Shown in pieces: positions 39,005-48,115 of a stretch of 64,000 nt of DNA; within the stretch, counting starts at the first letter, position 1; the number at the start of each line of letters is the position of its first letter. The stretch spans positions 13,416 through 77,415 of the forward strand of contig CAWGKD010000022.1 of the NCBI GenBank assembly GCA_963823125.1, in the 5' to 3' direction. Below the pieces are notes generated by a model that was given only the letters and a program-made list of their open reading frames with translations, was not told the DNA's origin and did not search any database. The position numbers and the translations under genes were made by a program. The DNA comes from an uncultured Bacteroidota bacterium (GTDB lineage: Bacteria; Bacteroidota; Bacteroidia; Chitinophagales; Chitinophagaceae).

Positions 39005-39603
39005 ATAATTGATTTTAGTTCGTTATTTACCCGTTCAAACTCTGATTCTATATTACTGCAATTAAAAGCAAAAAATGCTCCCACATTTAAAGTGGGATGA
39101 AATTTTGGCAAAACTATTGTTGCCCATCCTTCAAAATCTTCCGGCAACCATCCTGATTTATGACTATCTGGATTAGTGTCAGTTTCAATCGTTGTCATAT
39201 AATCTCCAAGTGGAGTAAAAATTATCCGCTTATCAGAATCTAATCCCATTAATAATAAAAGTTCAATCCCTTTTTGTTTTGATAAATGTTCGATACCATC
39301 CGAACAAATACTTACGTCATAATGCTTATCGGTATTGTTTAAAAAATCAAACACATCACTATTAATAAAATATTGTTGTTCATTTTGGTTATCTAATTTT
39401 CTGTCGAGTACATCAACATAAGTCCTTTCCTTAAATTCTAAATACGGAGTATTTGGCGCATGATAACACATGAGATCAACCATGCTTTTATCTTTTGTAT
39501 CTCCGCAAATTGATCTTAATATTTTCAAATATATCTCTTGACTGCCAATTATATTATCAATTATTATCTGCATTATTTTTGATAAGTTTATTAATTGCGC
39601 CAA
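39001..39603 (-). CDS. SAM-dependent methyltransferase-like protein (200 aa)
   Basis: YDVSICSDGIEHLSKQKGIELLLLM...RIIFTPLG resembles the post-motif-II region of Methyltransf_11/23-type enzymes (D.v.c..vlEHl). Weak. Confidence 0.4.
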   Translation of the reverse strand: MAQLINLSKIMQIIIDNIIGSQEIYLKILRSICGDTKDKSMVDLMCYHAPNTPYLEFKERTYVDVLDRKLDNQNEQQYFINSDVFDFLNNTDKHYDVSICSDGIEHLSKQKGIELLLLMGLDSDKRIIFTPLGDYMTTIETDTNPDSHKSGWLPEDFEGWATIVLPKFHPTLNVGAFFAFNCSNIESEFERVNNELKSII

Positions 39604-40981
39604 CTACAACATCTGAATCTGTTTTACAGCATTGTAAATATTTATCTGTTCCTTTATAAGCACATTCTTTACCAGCCGTACCCCCCTGAATGTGCCAACA
39701 TCCGCTTTTTTCACACTTGCCCTGAATAATTTCTACGTTTCTTAAATCAGGATGTATATAATCAGGGTTAACACTACCAAAAAATATTACACTTGGTATA
39801 TTATAAGCTACTGCAATATTACTTGGGGCTGAATCTACGCCAATAAATAGTGAAGCTCCGGCAATTACAAATTTCATAAATCCGATGGATGGTGTATTTA
39901 TTTCTATCCCACATTTTTCATGCTCGTTTCTGCTTACCTGAATAACTAAATACCCTTTATTTTCTAAATATCTTTGTACTGCCACCCAATTAATGCCATG
40001 TACGTTTCTGTGTTCTTGTTCCCTTCTGTCTAAATGAATGACACAATATTTTTTAAACAACCTTGTATTATCATCCACCAACGGGTAAAGTTGTGGTTTT
40101 GATAGTTTATAATCTTTAATGCCGCAAAATTCAAAATAAGATTTTAAATAATTCTGACCCGGTTTGCTTTCATACGACATATCCAGATTTATTTGTTTCT
40201 CCGGTTTTATCCTTTTTGAATTAAACATTGAAATATGAGTAACGGGAAAATAGTGTTGTGTGTATAATTCGAAAAATGGTTTCGGAATATCCAAAACTAT
40301 ATTATATCCTTTCATTGCATAATATCGCATGACTGGTTCTAAGATAAGGCAATCACCTAACGCTGCTGATCTTTTTAATATTACGGTTGGATGATATGGA
40401 GGATAAAAGTTACCATGAAATCCCATTGTAGGTTTGCATGGTTCTCTTAATTCATAAGCAAATCCTTCACATATTTCATCTGTAGCCCATTTTAATTGAT
40501 ATTGTTTTTCAAGATAATCTCTATATGTTCTACAAATTTGAGCATCTTCTGGATTGGTAGCTTTTATTAAATCGTCTTGCCCAATAGCATCAAGAAGTTT
40601 TTTGCTTTTCCATGAATAGCCTCCATTACCGTTAGCATATCCATCATTTTCTAACCACAAAGCACCGCACCAATCGTAATCATAAAGCCTTTCATCAAAT
40701 AGTTCTCCGTTTGTAGTCCACCCGTCATGTTGCACGTTTAAAATGTATTTCGTTGTTATGTGTTTCCATAATTCTTTAACACAAAAAAAAGAGTATTCTT
40801 TTTTAGATGTTATGGTTTTTATTTGTATTACTTCAATACCTTCAATATCCAATGGGATGTCCGTAAAAAAAATAACTCTATCAAATTCATTTTGAGCCAT
40901 GCTTTTTTGCAAAGCAGCAACCGATTTACCATAATAGTAACAATCTATACAAACAAGAGATGTGTTTTCTATTTTTTTCAT
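39557..40981 (-). CDS. Two-domain protein: unknown N-terminal domain plus family-9 (heptosyltransferase-like) glycosyltransferase
   Basis: VILKRSAALGDCLILEPVMRYY and LFIGVDSAPSNIAVAYNIPSVIFFGSVNP match the two GT9 signature blocks (iR.sAlGD.il..P; .igNDSGp.HlAaAlg.P.v.lFG.t.P). Confidence 0.6.
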   Translation of the reverse strand: MKKIENTSLVCIDCYYYGKSVAALQKSMAQNEFDRVIFFTDIPLDIEGIEVIQIKTITSKKEYSFFCVKELWKHITTKYILNVQHDGWTTNGELFDERLYDYDWCGALWLENDGYANGNGGYSWKSKKLLDAIGQDDLIKATNPEDAQICRTYRDYLEKQYQLKWATDEICEGFAYELREPCKPTMGFHGNFYPPYHPTVILKRSAALGDCLILEPVMRYYAMKGYNIVLDIPKPFFELYTQHYFPVTHISMFNSKRIKPEKQINLDMSYESKPGQNYLKSYFEFCGIKDYKLSKPQLYPLVDDNTRLFKKYCVIHLDRREQEHRNVHGINWVAVQRYLENKGYLVIQVSRNEHEKCGIEINTPSIGFMKFVIAGASLFIGVDSAPSNIAVAYNIPSVIFFGSVNPDYIHPDLRNVEIIQGKCEKSGCWHIQGGTAGKECAYKGTDKYLQCCKTDSDVVVGAINKLIKNNADNN

Positions 40982-41124
40982 CTTTTTCTTTTATCTGTGT
41001 TTACCAATCCTGTTACAGAAGACCACCTATACCCGGTTTTTATCATCCATACAGTAGTTGTAGAAACATTATTATCAATCGCTATTTGCTGTTCTGTTTT
41101 TTCTGAATTATTTAATTCTTTCAT
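40978..41124 (-). CDS. Small HTH-like protein (48 aa)
   Basis: Below the track threshold. Reads MKELNNSEKTEQQIAIDNNVSTTTVWMIKTGYRWSSVTGLVNTDKRKR*. Its stop overlaps the next ATG (ATGA). Confidence 0.4.
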   Translation of the reverse strand: MKELNNSEKTEQQIAIDNNVSTTTVWMIKTGYRWSSVTGLVNTDKRKR

Positions 41125-41431
41125 TCTGGATTTTTATATTAAACATTAAATACTTTACATATTTTTTCCTTGCATTTTCTAAATTAAGACATGATACATA
41201 AAGGCAATTATCATTTACTAATATTTTCTTTTTTACTGCTTTGCTTTCAAATGAAACATTTATTTCTTCGTATTTAGCCTTAATAATTTCTCCTGTGCTG
41301 ACATTGATTTCAAACATTGTGTGTCCTTTGTACGGAGTTATTCTATCAAGTAACTTTTTTGATTCAACCTGGATTTCCTGTTTTACTTGTAGCTTATCAT
41401 TATCTTCTAATATAAATTTATCAACCTTCAT
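41108..41431 (-). CDS. Hypothetical protein (107 aa)
   Basis: Track ORF. Confidence 0.5.
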   Translation of the reverse strand: MKVDKFILEDNDKLQVKQEIQVESKKLLDRITPYKGHTMFEINVSTGEIIKAKYEEINVSFESKAVKKKILVNDNCLYVSCLNLENARKKYVKYLMFNIKIQNERIK

Positions 41432-41624
41432 TATTAATTCTGTTAAATGAAATATTGTCTTTTACTTTTATGTCTTTGGGCTGAAACTCCCAAATTTCTC
41501 CGTTATCACATATTATTGTAAACAACTTTGATGTTTCTGTGCCAAATTCAGTTACTAACCATATTGCTCCACAACCTTTCGGGGTGTTCACTTCAACTTT
41601 ATTTTCAAGTTCCAATATAAACAT
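41421..41624 (-). CDS. Hypothetical protein (67 aa)
   Basis: Track ORF. Confidence 0.5.
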   Translation of the reverse strand: MFILELENKVEVNTPKGCGAIWLVTEFGTETSKLFTIICDNGEIWEFQPKDIKVKDNISFNRINNEG

Positions 41625-42427
41625 TACCGATTTATAAGTTTATTAAAATAATATTGCAATCCTCCATTATGATAAAACGAGTATGCTTGCTTACCAACCG
41701 GAATAACATTTGGCATCATTGGAAATATTTCAAGTATTCTTGGTACTTTTAAAGATTCAGCAAGTTGAAAACAAAAACTCTGATTCCCTAAAAAGAATTT
41801 ACATTGTTCAACTACTTTTGCCAACTCTAAAAAATCTTTAACAACAAGTAATTCTATATTCAAATTCCATTGCTTACAAAAATAATCTCTTTCTTCAGGA
41901 AGTCCGGCAAACAATAATTGTTCTTCGTGTTTTTTTAAAAAGAAATAAGTTGCTGTAAAATTTCTGTACCGTAGCGTAAAATTTATCAATATTCGTCCGG
42001 CATATTTATTTTCCACTTCCGGTAAAAACAAAGATTTTTCAGATAAATCATTAGCCATATCAGGAAATGCAAATTCAGGCCAATTTCTCAAATTCCCCTT
42101 TGGTTGGTTGGTAAAAATTTCCATTCGTATTTTATCAAGGTCAACGTCTGTTTCTTGCCCGGAATAAATAATAAAATCTTCAACATATTCCTGTGATAAT
42201 AATAATGGACGCAGCATATCAAACATTAAATTTGGCATACAAACGGGTTCGTCAAATTCATTACCAAATGGATGTTCGCTACCGATATATCCTCCCCCAA
42301 CCATGTTCAACCGTTGGTATATAATTGCTTTTTTACCATTCTCTTTATAAATTTCTCTTATACCTGGCAAATAAGAAATCAGATCACCCGCCGGACTACT
42401 CGTTTTAAATTTTATAAAATCTCCCAT
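41624..42427 (-). CDS. Second GT9-like glycosyltransferase candidate (267 aa)
   Basis: SSPAGDLISYLPGIREIYK and FFLGNQSFCFQLAESLKVPRILEIF parallel the two GT9 blocks seen in 39557..40981. Confidence 0.45.
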   Translation of the reverse strand: MGDFIKFKTSSPAGDLISYLPGIREIYKENGKKAIIYQRLNMVGGGYIGSEHPFGNEFDEPVCMPNLMFDMLRPLLLSQEYVEDFIIYSGQETDVDLDKIRMEIFTNQPKGNLRNWPEFAFPDMANDLSEKSLFLPEVENKYAGRILINFTLRYRNFTATYFFLKKHEEQLLFAGLPEERDYFCKQWNLNIELLVVKDFLELAKVVEQCKFFLGNQSFCFQLAESLKVPRILEIFPMMPNVIPVGKQAYSFYHNGGLQYYFNKLINR

Positions 42428-42428
42428 A

Positions 42429-42458
42429 TTTGTATGTTCAATATTTTAATTATCTTTG
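42429..42458 (+). promoter_or_regulatory. Bacteroidota-type promoter (TTTG-N18-TATCTTTG)
   Basis: TTTG at 42429-42432 and TATCTTTG (TAnnTTTG) at 42451-42458, 57 nt upstream of the ATG at 42515. Confidence 0.45.
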
Positions 42459-42514
42459 ACGTGTTAACAAGCCGGGAACAAACTGGTATCTTTAACAATT
42501 AAATTTAAAAAATC

Positions 42515-42772
42515 ATGGCTCTCACAAGTCGAATTGTAGCAAACATTTATGGCAAAAATGGCAACCCTATTGAAAAAACAACAGGAACGCCAAATGGCCG
42601 TATTAATTACTTTTCAAACGATGATAGTACCTTTTACACATCTAACGGCGAATCTTTCAACGGTGTTGTTTGTAACAGCATCATTGAGGTTTTCCCACAT
42701 GGATTAAGAGTAAATTCAGACCTTTATTATGCTGTTGAAACAATAGCACAACTTGTTACAAACGGCATTTAA
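42515..42772 (+). CDS. Hypothetical protein (85 aa), stand-alone plus-strand gene (moron-like)
   Basis: Track ORF with its own promoter-like motif and terminator, embedded between minus-strand blocks. Confidence 0.55.
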   Translation: MALTSRIVANIYGKNGNPIEKTTGTPNGRINYFSNDDSTFYTSNGESFNGVVCNSIIEVFPHGLRVNSDLYYAVETIAQLVTNGI

Positions 42773-42797
42773 TTAAAAGAACTTCATTTGTTTGTTA

Positions 42798-42820
42798 CCC
42801 CGCTAAACAAGCGGGGTTTT
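42798..42820. terminator. Bidirectional intrinsic terminator
   Basis: CCCCGC-TAAACAA-GCGGGG followed by TTTT. Lies between convergent genes ending at 42772 (+) and 42819 (-). Confidence 0.7.
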
Positions 42821-43001
42821 AATGTTTTATTTTCTCTTTTTCGGTTTGAAATTGATTCAGTTCTTCACCTAATTTTTTTTGATGACCGTCTATTCTGTCA
42901 TGCAACCACGACCCCACCAAATGATAAGTTTCAATGGCATCGGGTAGTGTTTGTTTGGCTAAAATAGCCACCAATTTTTCTAAACATTGTTCTTTTGTCA
43001 T
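42819..43001 (-). CDS. Hypothetical protein (60 aa)
   Basis: Track ORF. Confidence 0.45.
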   Translation of the reverse strand: MTKEQCLEKLVAILAKQTLPDAIETYHLVGSWLHDRIDGHQKKLGEELNQFQTEKEKIKH

Positions 43002-43020
43002 ATAATTTCAGTATTTAATT

Positions 43021-43182
43021 TTAAATTAACCAACATTCTTTTGCGTAAACATAGAAGCAATCTTTTTTAAGTTGCCTGATTTCTTTTTTAGCTTGTTCAT
43101 TCCATGAAGATTTTATAACCTGACCAAGATGGTCGTAACTGTGATTCTTCTTTGTTTTCTTTTTGGGTTTGAAATCTTTCAT
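43021..43182 (-). CDS. Small basic protein (53 aa)
   Basis: Below the track threshold. Reads MKDFKPKKKTKKNHSYDHLGQVIKSSWNEQAKKEIRQLKKDCFYVYAKECWLI*. Confidence 0.35.
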   Translation of the reverse strand: MKDFKPKKKTKKNHSYDHLGQVIKSSWNEQAKKEIRQLKKDCFYVYAKECWLI

Positions 43183-43700
43183 GTTTCAGCGTTTAGTTTT
43201 GCGTAAATTTTAAACTCGTCAAGATACTTGTGTTTTTCTTTTATTTCTGATTCAAAAGCCAAAAACCTGTGAACCGCCATGTCCCAAACCTGCATTTGTG
43301 AAAATTTGTCCAATCTGTGTGAATCCTGATGACAGCCACAGAAAGTGCCCAAAATGACGAAATTTAGCGGATGGGTACTTACGGACGTAAAAATGGACTT
43401 TAGGGCAAATGATGTGGCCACAGAATGCCTGTAATGCGATTCTGGGATGCTTTCCCCACAATTCCAACAGGTCGGGTTGGGTTTTATGAATTTTTCGATA
43501 ATATGGTCAAACCACCTGTCTAAGTCGTTTTTGGATTCTGGTTTTGGTTCGTCCTTTAGTTTATCGAAGTGTTTTTGAATTGCAGAACGGCGGTCAACAT
43601 CGGTACGGCAATATTGATGTTTCTTGCAGTATCTTATTCCGGTTATTCGATCTGTTCCGAAAACAGGGTAATTACAATTTTTATGCTGGCATATTTTCAT
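43179..43700 (-). CDS. Cys/His-rich zinc-finger protein, NinG-like candidate
   Basis: MKICQHKNCNYPVFG...YCKKHQY...CWNCGESIPESHYRHS...HPLNFVILGTFCGCHQDSH. Start moved from the track TTG to the ATG at 43700. Confidence 0.45.
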   Translation of the reverse strand: MKICQHKNCNYPVFGTDRITGIRYCKKHQYCRTDVDRRSAIQKHFDKLKDEPKPESKNDLDRWFDHIIEKFIKPNPTCWNCGESIPESHYRHSVATSFALKSIFTSVSTHPLNFVILGTFCGCHQDSHRLDKFSQMQVWDMAVHRFLAFESEIKEKHKYLDEFKIYAKLNAET

Positions 43701-43710
43701 CTTATTGATT

Positions 43711-43897
43711 TTATTTACCAAAACTCCATTTTTCTGGTTTTTTAAAATATTTTTTCAGCCAATCAATTACTGCGTATATTTCTTCCCTTATTTAGCTTAT
43801 CTTCCCCACTGACTTCACACGCAACACTAAAAATCGGTCTTTCGGGTAATATAGATATTTTTTTATTGTTGATTTCCAGCCACATTATTATTTCCAT
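43711..43897 (-). CDS. Small protein readable only with a +1 shift at AAT AAG G GAA GAA
   Basis: ATG at 43897 reads MEIIMWLEINNKKISILPERPIFSVACEVSGEDKLNK. The 0-frame then stops after 7 codons, whereas the +1 frame continues EEIYAVIDWLKKYFKKPEKWSFGK* and ends 11 nt before the next ATG. Confidence 0.4.
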
Positions 43898-44100
43898 AAT
43901 GTTATCGTATTGATTTTATTAAAAAATGTTCTTGTTTTCTATTTCATCAGCCAATTAAATATTAGTTCTGCATCTTTTAATAAATCATCAAGTTGTGATG
44001 TTGGATTTATTTCATAAGCCAATCTTATGGCGATTGCTTTAATGTTGGCTAAATCTTTCGGATTCATAATTTTTAATTTTAATTGTTAAAAAAATAATTA

Positions 44101-44277
44101 TCAAATACTTTTTATTAAAAAATGTTCTTCCCATTCACATTTAGAAATCTTATATCCTTTTTTTAAAAATTCACCCCATCTATAAAAATTTTTAAATTCT
44201 TCTAATTCTTTTAAAGTATCAGCATGAATAATATAAAAACCTCTTTGCCTTATTATTTTTTCAATGAGTTCAATCAT
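44101..44277 (-). CDS. Hypothetical protein (58 aa)
   Basis: Below the track threshold. Reads MIELIEKIIRQRGFYIIHADTLKELEEFKNFYRWGEFLKKGYKISKCEWEEHFLIKSI*. The ATG abuts the upstream stop. Confidence 0.4.
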   Translation of the reverse strand: MIELIEKIIRQRGFYIIHADTLKELEEFKNFYRWGEFLKKGYKISKCEWEEHFLIKSI

Positions 44278-44484
44278 TTATTTTAATGATTTTTTAATTA
44301 ATTCATTTGCCTTTTTAATATCCACAATATATTTTTCTGCTCTTTCTTTTGTGTCAAAAACCCTAATGACAAAATCAAGTGGTTGCAATCCCAAACTAAT
44401 CATTACACTTAACATCGTTTCTCTATCTACTCTTTCCTGAATTGACAAGTCGTGGCTTTCTTTATTTTCACAAACACAAAACAT
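44278..44484 (-). CDS. Hypothetical protein (68 aa)
   Basis: Track ORF, 3 nt downstream of the primase-helicase gene. Confidence 0.5.
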   Translation of the reverse strand: MFCVCENKESHDLSIQERVDRETMLSVMISLGLQPLDFVIRVFDTKERAEKYIVDIKKANELIKKSLK

Positions 44485-44487
44485 AAT

Positions 44488-46407
44488 TTAAAATTCTTCA
44501 AAATCTTTTTGCGGCATCCAACCATTAATATCCGGATTTTTTTTAACTTCATCGTATGGTATAAATTCTTGACTTTCCTTTTGTTTTTCGGCATTCGTTA
44601 ATAGTTTCGCCAACTTAGGGTCGCATGGCATTTCATTTGATACCGGATTTGCAAACCGTTTTTTTGACCAAACCAATGTAAGGGGAAAATTGCCAAGTTG
44701 ACCACCCGTTCTTTTTCTTTTTAATTTTTGAACATATATTTCGACCTCTGGACTATTTTTATCTTCGTGAAATCTTGGCCTGTAATACGAAATTATTTGG
44801 TCACACTTATTCGCCCACATTGCGCCACCGGCAATATCGTAAACATCAACTATTGGCAAAGATTTGTCGTTGTTGTAATTTGGGTTCTTAGGGTGGGCTA
44901 CAATATTATAACAAACTCTGTTAAGCAGTGCAAATCGTTTAATATCTTTTAATACTTCGGATAGGTATTGGTCTTCCCTTTGGTATGGCTTTTGGATATG
45001 GTCAAGCTGATTGAATGGGTCTATCATTACCCCATCTATTCCTTTCTTTAAAACTAAGTATCTAAATTTCTCATTTATTGAGTTAATGTCGTGGCTATCT
45101 TCTGGATATACATAAAAAATATGTTCACCAATGAAATGACAGGCCTGCGAATATTCATTTTCGGTCATTTGATTTAGCCATTTACCAGCATACATTTCTA
45201 CCAAATCGTCATAAAAATCGTTTGCCGGATAGTTTTCGGGCGAAAAAACACCCCATCGCCAACCATCATAAATACTTTTAGTTAGCATGATCTGAAGCAT
45301 AAAAAAGGTTTTCCCATGATTTCCGTAACCAGTACAAAGGGTTATGTCACCCTTTTTCCACCTAAAGTATTCATCCATAACGTCAAATCGTGTTGTTGGG
45401 GCTATCTGAACGCCCTTTTTAAAGTTTTCAAGCATAGACGGGAAAATGTCGGCAAGGTCATAAACACCCTCTATTGGGATGCTCTGTGAGGTCATTACAG
45501 CCGTTTTTACGGCTTCTTTCCCAAAATGGTACAAAACCTCGTTAAAATCCTTACATCGCCTTTTTACCCCGTTTCCGTTCGTTACAGCGTGTTCTATGGG
45601 ATATGATATGGTTTTGCATCGTTCAACACCCAATCTTCTGATTAATTCATCTTTCAGGGCATCTCCGGCAGCATCTGCGTCCGTTGCAATTACGATTTCG
45701 TGCAAACCGATAAGCCAATCTGAGCAATTGTCTAAATAATCGAGTTTTTGATTGCCAGAACTTGCCCCGTTTGGAACAGAAACAACCGCCCAATCTGAAA
45801 ATTCGGCGTTTTTAACTTCTCCGGTTTCTTCATCCACAATCGGGTCAACCCCAAAACCAGCCTCGTAAACACTCATGCAATCAATTTCGCCTTCTGTAAT
45901 GATTATTTTTTTCTTTTCACCGATAGTTTGCAGGTTGTATAAAATCAACTCAGCGTCTTTCACCATCCTAAAATTTTTCCTACCGTCCCTGAACTTTATA
46001 TTAACGATTTCACCATCCCGTAAGTACGGAAAACAAATGCAGCTTTCTTCTTTTCCGGTTTGTGGCATCCATTCATTTTTCCCGAAAATCATGAACTTAT
46101 CAAGCGTTTCTTTTGATATTTTTCTTCCATCAAACCACTTGATAATCTTTTCTTTAAGTGCAATATTTTTTACTAAGTGTTGTGGTGGTTTTTGATATTC
46201 TTTCTTCGACATTTTACTAACAAAAGCCCTTACATTTCCTTTCCATCCGCAGTTGTGGCAACGATATTCTCCCGTAGTAATATTAACAGATAACGGTCTG
46301 TCTGCCTTGTTCTTACGATTATCTGAACATTGCGGACATTTGGTTTTTTCCTGACCACCCCTTCTGGTAAGTTTAATTCCCAAATCAACCAATTTGTCAA
46401 AATACAT
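44488..46407 (-). CDS. Bifunctional DNA primase / SF4 replicative helicase (T7 gp4-like architecture)
   Basis: Three elements: a zinc finger CPQCSDN...YRCHNCGWKGN, a TOPRIM block IIITEGEIDCMSVYEAG...ATDADAAGD, and a Walker A site CTGYGNHGKTFFMLQ with a DnaB/gp4-like C-terminal half. Confidence 0.85.
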   Translation of the reverse strand: MYFDKLVDLGIKLTRRGGQEKTKCPQCSDNRKNKADRPLSVNITTGEYRCHNCGWKGNVRAFVSKMSKKEYQKPPQHLVKNIALKEKIIKWFDGRKISKETLDKFMIFGKNEWMPQTGKEESCICFPYLRDGEIVNIKFRDGRKNFRMVKDAELILYNLQTIGEKKKIIITEGEIDCMSVYEAGFGVDPIVDEETGEVKNAEFSDWAVVSVPNGASSGNQKLDYLDNCSDWLIGLHEIVIATDADAAGDALKDELIRRLGVERCKTISYPIEHAVTNGNGVKRRCKDFNEVLYHFGKEAVKTAVMTSQSIPIEGVYDLADIFPSMLENFKKGVQIAPTTRFDVMDEYFRWKKGDITLCTGYGNHGKTFFMLQIMLTKSIYDGWRWGVFSPENYPANDFYDDLVEMYAGKWLNQMTENEYSQACHFIGEHIFYVYPEDSHDINSINEKFRYLVLKKGIDGVMIDPFNQLDHIQKPYQREDQYLSEVLKDIKRFALLNRVCYNIVAHPKNPNYNNDKSLPIVDVYDIAGGAMWANKCDQIISYYRPRFHEDKNSPEVEIYVQKLKRKRTGGQLGNFPLTLVWSKKRFANPVSNEMPCDPKLAKLLTNAEKQKESQEFIPYDEVKKNPDINGWMPQKDFEEF

Positions 46408-46541
46408 TAAAAAAAATTTAAAAGGTTTTTTCCTTAAGAATCCTTAATCCAAAATATTTTAATCTTCATATTCTGTATTCATTTTCATTTCCATTTTCCA
46501 TATGTGAACACTTGTGATTTAACATATGTAAAATCATATGA

Positions 46542-46850
46542 CTACACACCTGTTCTGTTTTTCCTTCTACTTTCAGTAAACCTTTTTCTCTTATTAACTT
46601 CATTTTCAAGTTTTTCATTATAAAAAAGACCATCCCCGTTAGATTTAAATTTTTTTTTTAATTTGCCTTCCCAAATTTTATCATAATCGTCTTTTCCTAA
46701 AATGGTTCTAATTTCTTCTAAACTAATTCGACCATTGTTAAATTGTGCCATTAATAAATCCATATAAGCACCCTTTTCATGTCTTGTAAAAGTAAGTGTT
46801 CCGCCAAGCCAATCGCCAGGGAAAAATAAAAAAGCGGGGTCTTTGGACAT
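46542..46850 (-). CDS. DUF1376-family protein
   Basis: AFLFFPGDWLGGTLTFTRHEKGAYMDLLMAQFN matches the characteristic FYPGDWL....Ls.eE.GaY..LL N-terminus. Confidence 0.65.
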   Translation of the reverse strand: MSKDPAFLFFPGDWLGGTLTFTRHEKGAYMDLLMAQFNNGRISLEEIRTILGKDDYDKIWEGKLKKKFKSNGDGLFYNEKLENEVNKRKRFTESRRKNRTGV

Positions 46851-47041
46851 TATTTTTTGATATTTACATTCAGAAGATCATTAATTCTGTTTATTTCTTC
46901 CTCTGTAAACGGCACATCGCCATTCATTTTTTTTGAAACTTCTGTTTCATGAATGCGGGCATTCAGAGCCAACCAGCGTTGTGTTCTGCCATCCAACGCA
47001 ATTTTAACTTGCTCTGGTATTGATAAAATTGTTTTTTCCAC
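46850..47041 (-). CDS. XRE/Cro-type helix-turn-helix regulator (63 aa)
   Basis: ...GRTQRWLALNARIHETEVSKKMNGDVPFTEEEINRINDLL has the HTH_3-like pattern. It is the first gene of the leftward unit, facing a divergent intergenic region. Confidence 0.6.
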   Translation of the reverse strand: MEKTILSIPEQVKIALDGRTQRWLALNARIHETEVSKKMNGDVPFTEEEINRINDLLNVNIKK

Positions 47042-47175
47042 TATGAATTTTTTTTAAGTTGATAGCAAAATAACAAATCGTTGTTTAAATTACCAAATTT
47101 ATTTTATTTTCAAGTTTTTTGAAAAAAGTTTGGTATATTCAAATAAGTTACTTTATTTTGGTGAAAATTTTAAAA

Positions 47176-47400
47176 ATGACAATAACAAAAATACAATTCT
47201 CAAAGACGGTTGAAAGTTCAGTTTTGGGTGCTGGGGTATGGGTTAAAATTGGGCTGGAATCAGAAGTTGAACCATCCGATAATGTAGAAAACTGCATTGA
47301 TATTTTAAAACAAACCGTTGATGGCGCACACGAAAAATATATGCCGCAAAAAGCAACAGGAGATATTTATTTTAATGTTTCAACTCAAAAATCAGAATAA
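47176..47400 (+). CDS. Hypothetical protein (74 aa from ATG 47176)
   Basis: The track ORF starts at a TTG (47119). An in-frame ATG at 47176 is preferred. Confidence 0.5.
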   Translation: MTITKIQFSKTVESSVLGAGVWVKIGLESEVEPSDNVENCIDILKQTVDGAHEKYMPQKATGDIYFNVSTQKSE

Positions 47401-47406
47401 TTATCC

Positions 47407-48108
47407 ATGCTATTAAAAAGTAAAATAACAGATATTCAGCCTTCGATTGACCCGAAAATTAATGAGCAATATGTTAATGCTCGTTTGGGTAAATTTACTG
47501 CAAGTAGAATTAGTTGTTGTATGATGCCAAAAGGAATTGGTGATAGCGGAAGGTCTTATATTCGTTCTCGAATTTTTGAGGATTTGTCCGGGGTAAGTTC
47601 AGATAAAAACATAAGTACAGAAGACATGGAATGGGGATTACAATACGAAAGAGAAGCCCTAAAAATGTTTGGTGAATTAAAGGAGCTTAATTTCTTAATG
47701 GTTCAAAGGGTTGTTTGTGATAAGGATTCAAAATTTGGTTGTACCCCTGATGGACTTTGGGTGAAAAGTGAAAGTTCAGATAAGCTGTCTTACGAAGTTT
47801 CAACAGTAGAAGTAAAATGTTTTCAGGCTGAAAATCATATTAAGTGCGCTTTGTGTTCCACTCCAGAAGAAATAAAAGAAAAAAATTCATCCGCATACTG
47901 GCAAACCGTTATGCAAATGGACGAGTGTGGCGCATTGGTTGGTTATCTGTGCTTTTTTCATCCATTGATGAAGTCTGGTGGATTTAGGATAATAGAATTT
48001 AGGAAAATAAACCTTATCCCCGATTTTAAACTTTTGACCGAAAGAAAAAAAGAAACTTTAAAAATTTATGAGCAAGAAAAAGAAATATTGCTTAGTATTA
48101 AAAATTAA
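47407..48108 (+). CDS. YqaJ-type (lambda-exonuclease-like, PD-(D/E)XK) recombination exonuclease
   Basis: RLGKFTASRISCCM..., GLQYEREALKMF, GCTPDGLW and STVEVKCF follow the YqaJ pattern (TaS; E; D; E.K). Confidence 0.7.
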   Translation: MLLKSKITDIQPSIDPKINEQYVNARLGKFTASRISCCMMPKGIGDSGRSYIRSRIFEDLSGVSSDKNISTEDMEWGLQYEREALKMFGELKELNFLMVQRVVCDKDSKFGCTPDGLWVKSESSDKLSYEVSTVEVKCFQAENHIKCALCSTPEEIKEKNSSAYWQTVMQMDECGALVGYLCFFHPLMKSGGFRIIEFRKINLIPDFKLLTERKKETLKIYEQEKEILLSIKN

Positions 48109-48115
48109 TTAACAA

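Noticed and set aside
47042-47175. Operator/promoter calls in the divergent region between the HTH gene and the rightward early genes (AACAA-ATCG-TTGTT palindrome; TAAATTTG -7-like box on the minus strand at 47101-47094).
   Set aside because: Only a 5-bp inverted repeat and a lone -7-like box without a properly spaced TTTG. These are plausible but too weak to list as features.
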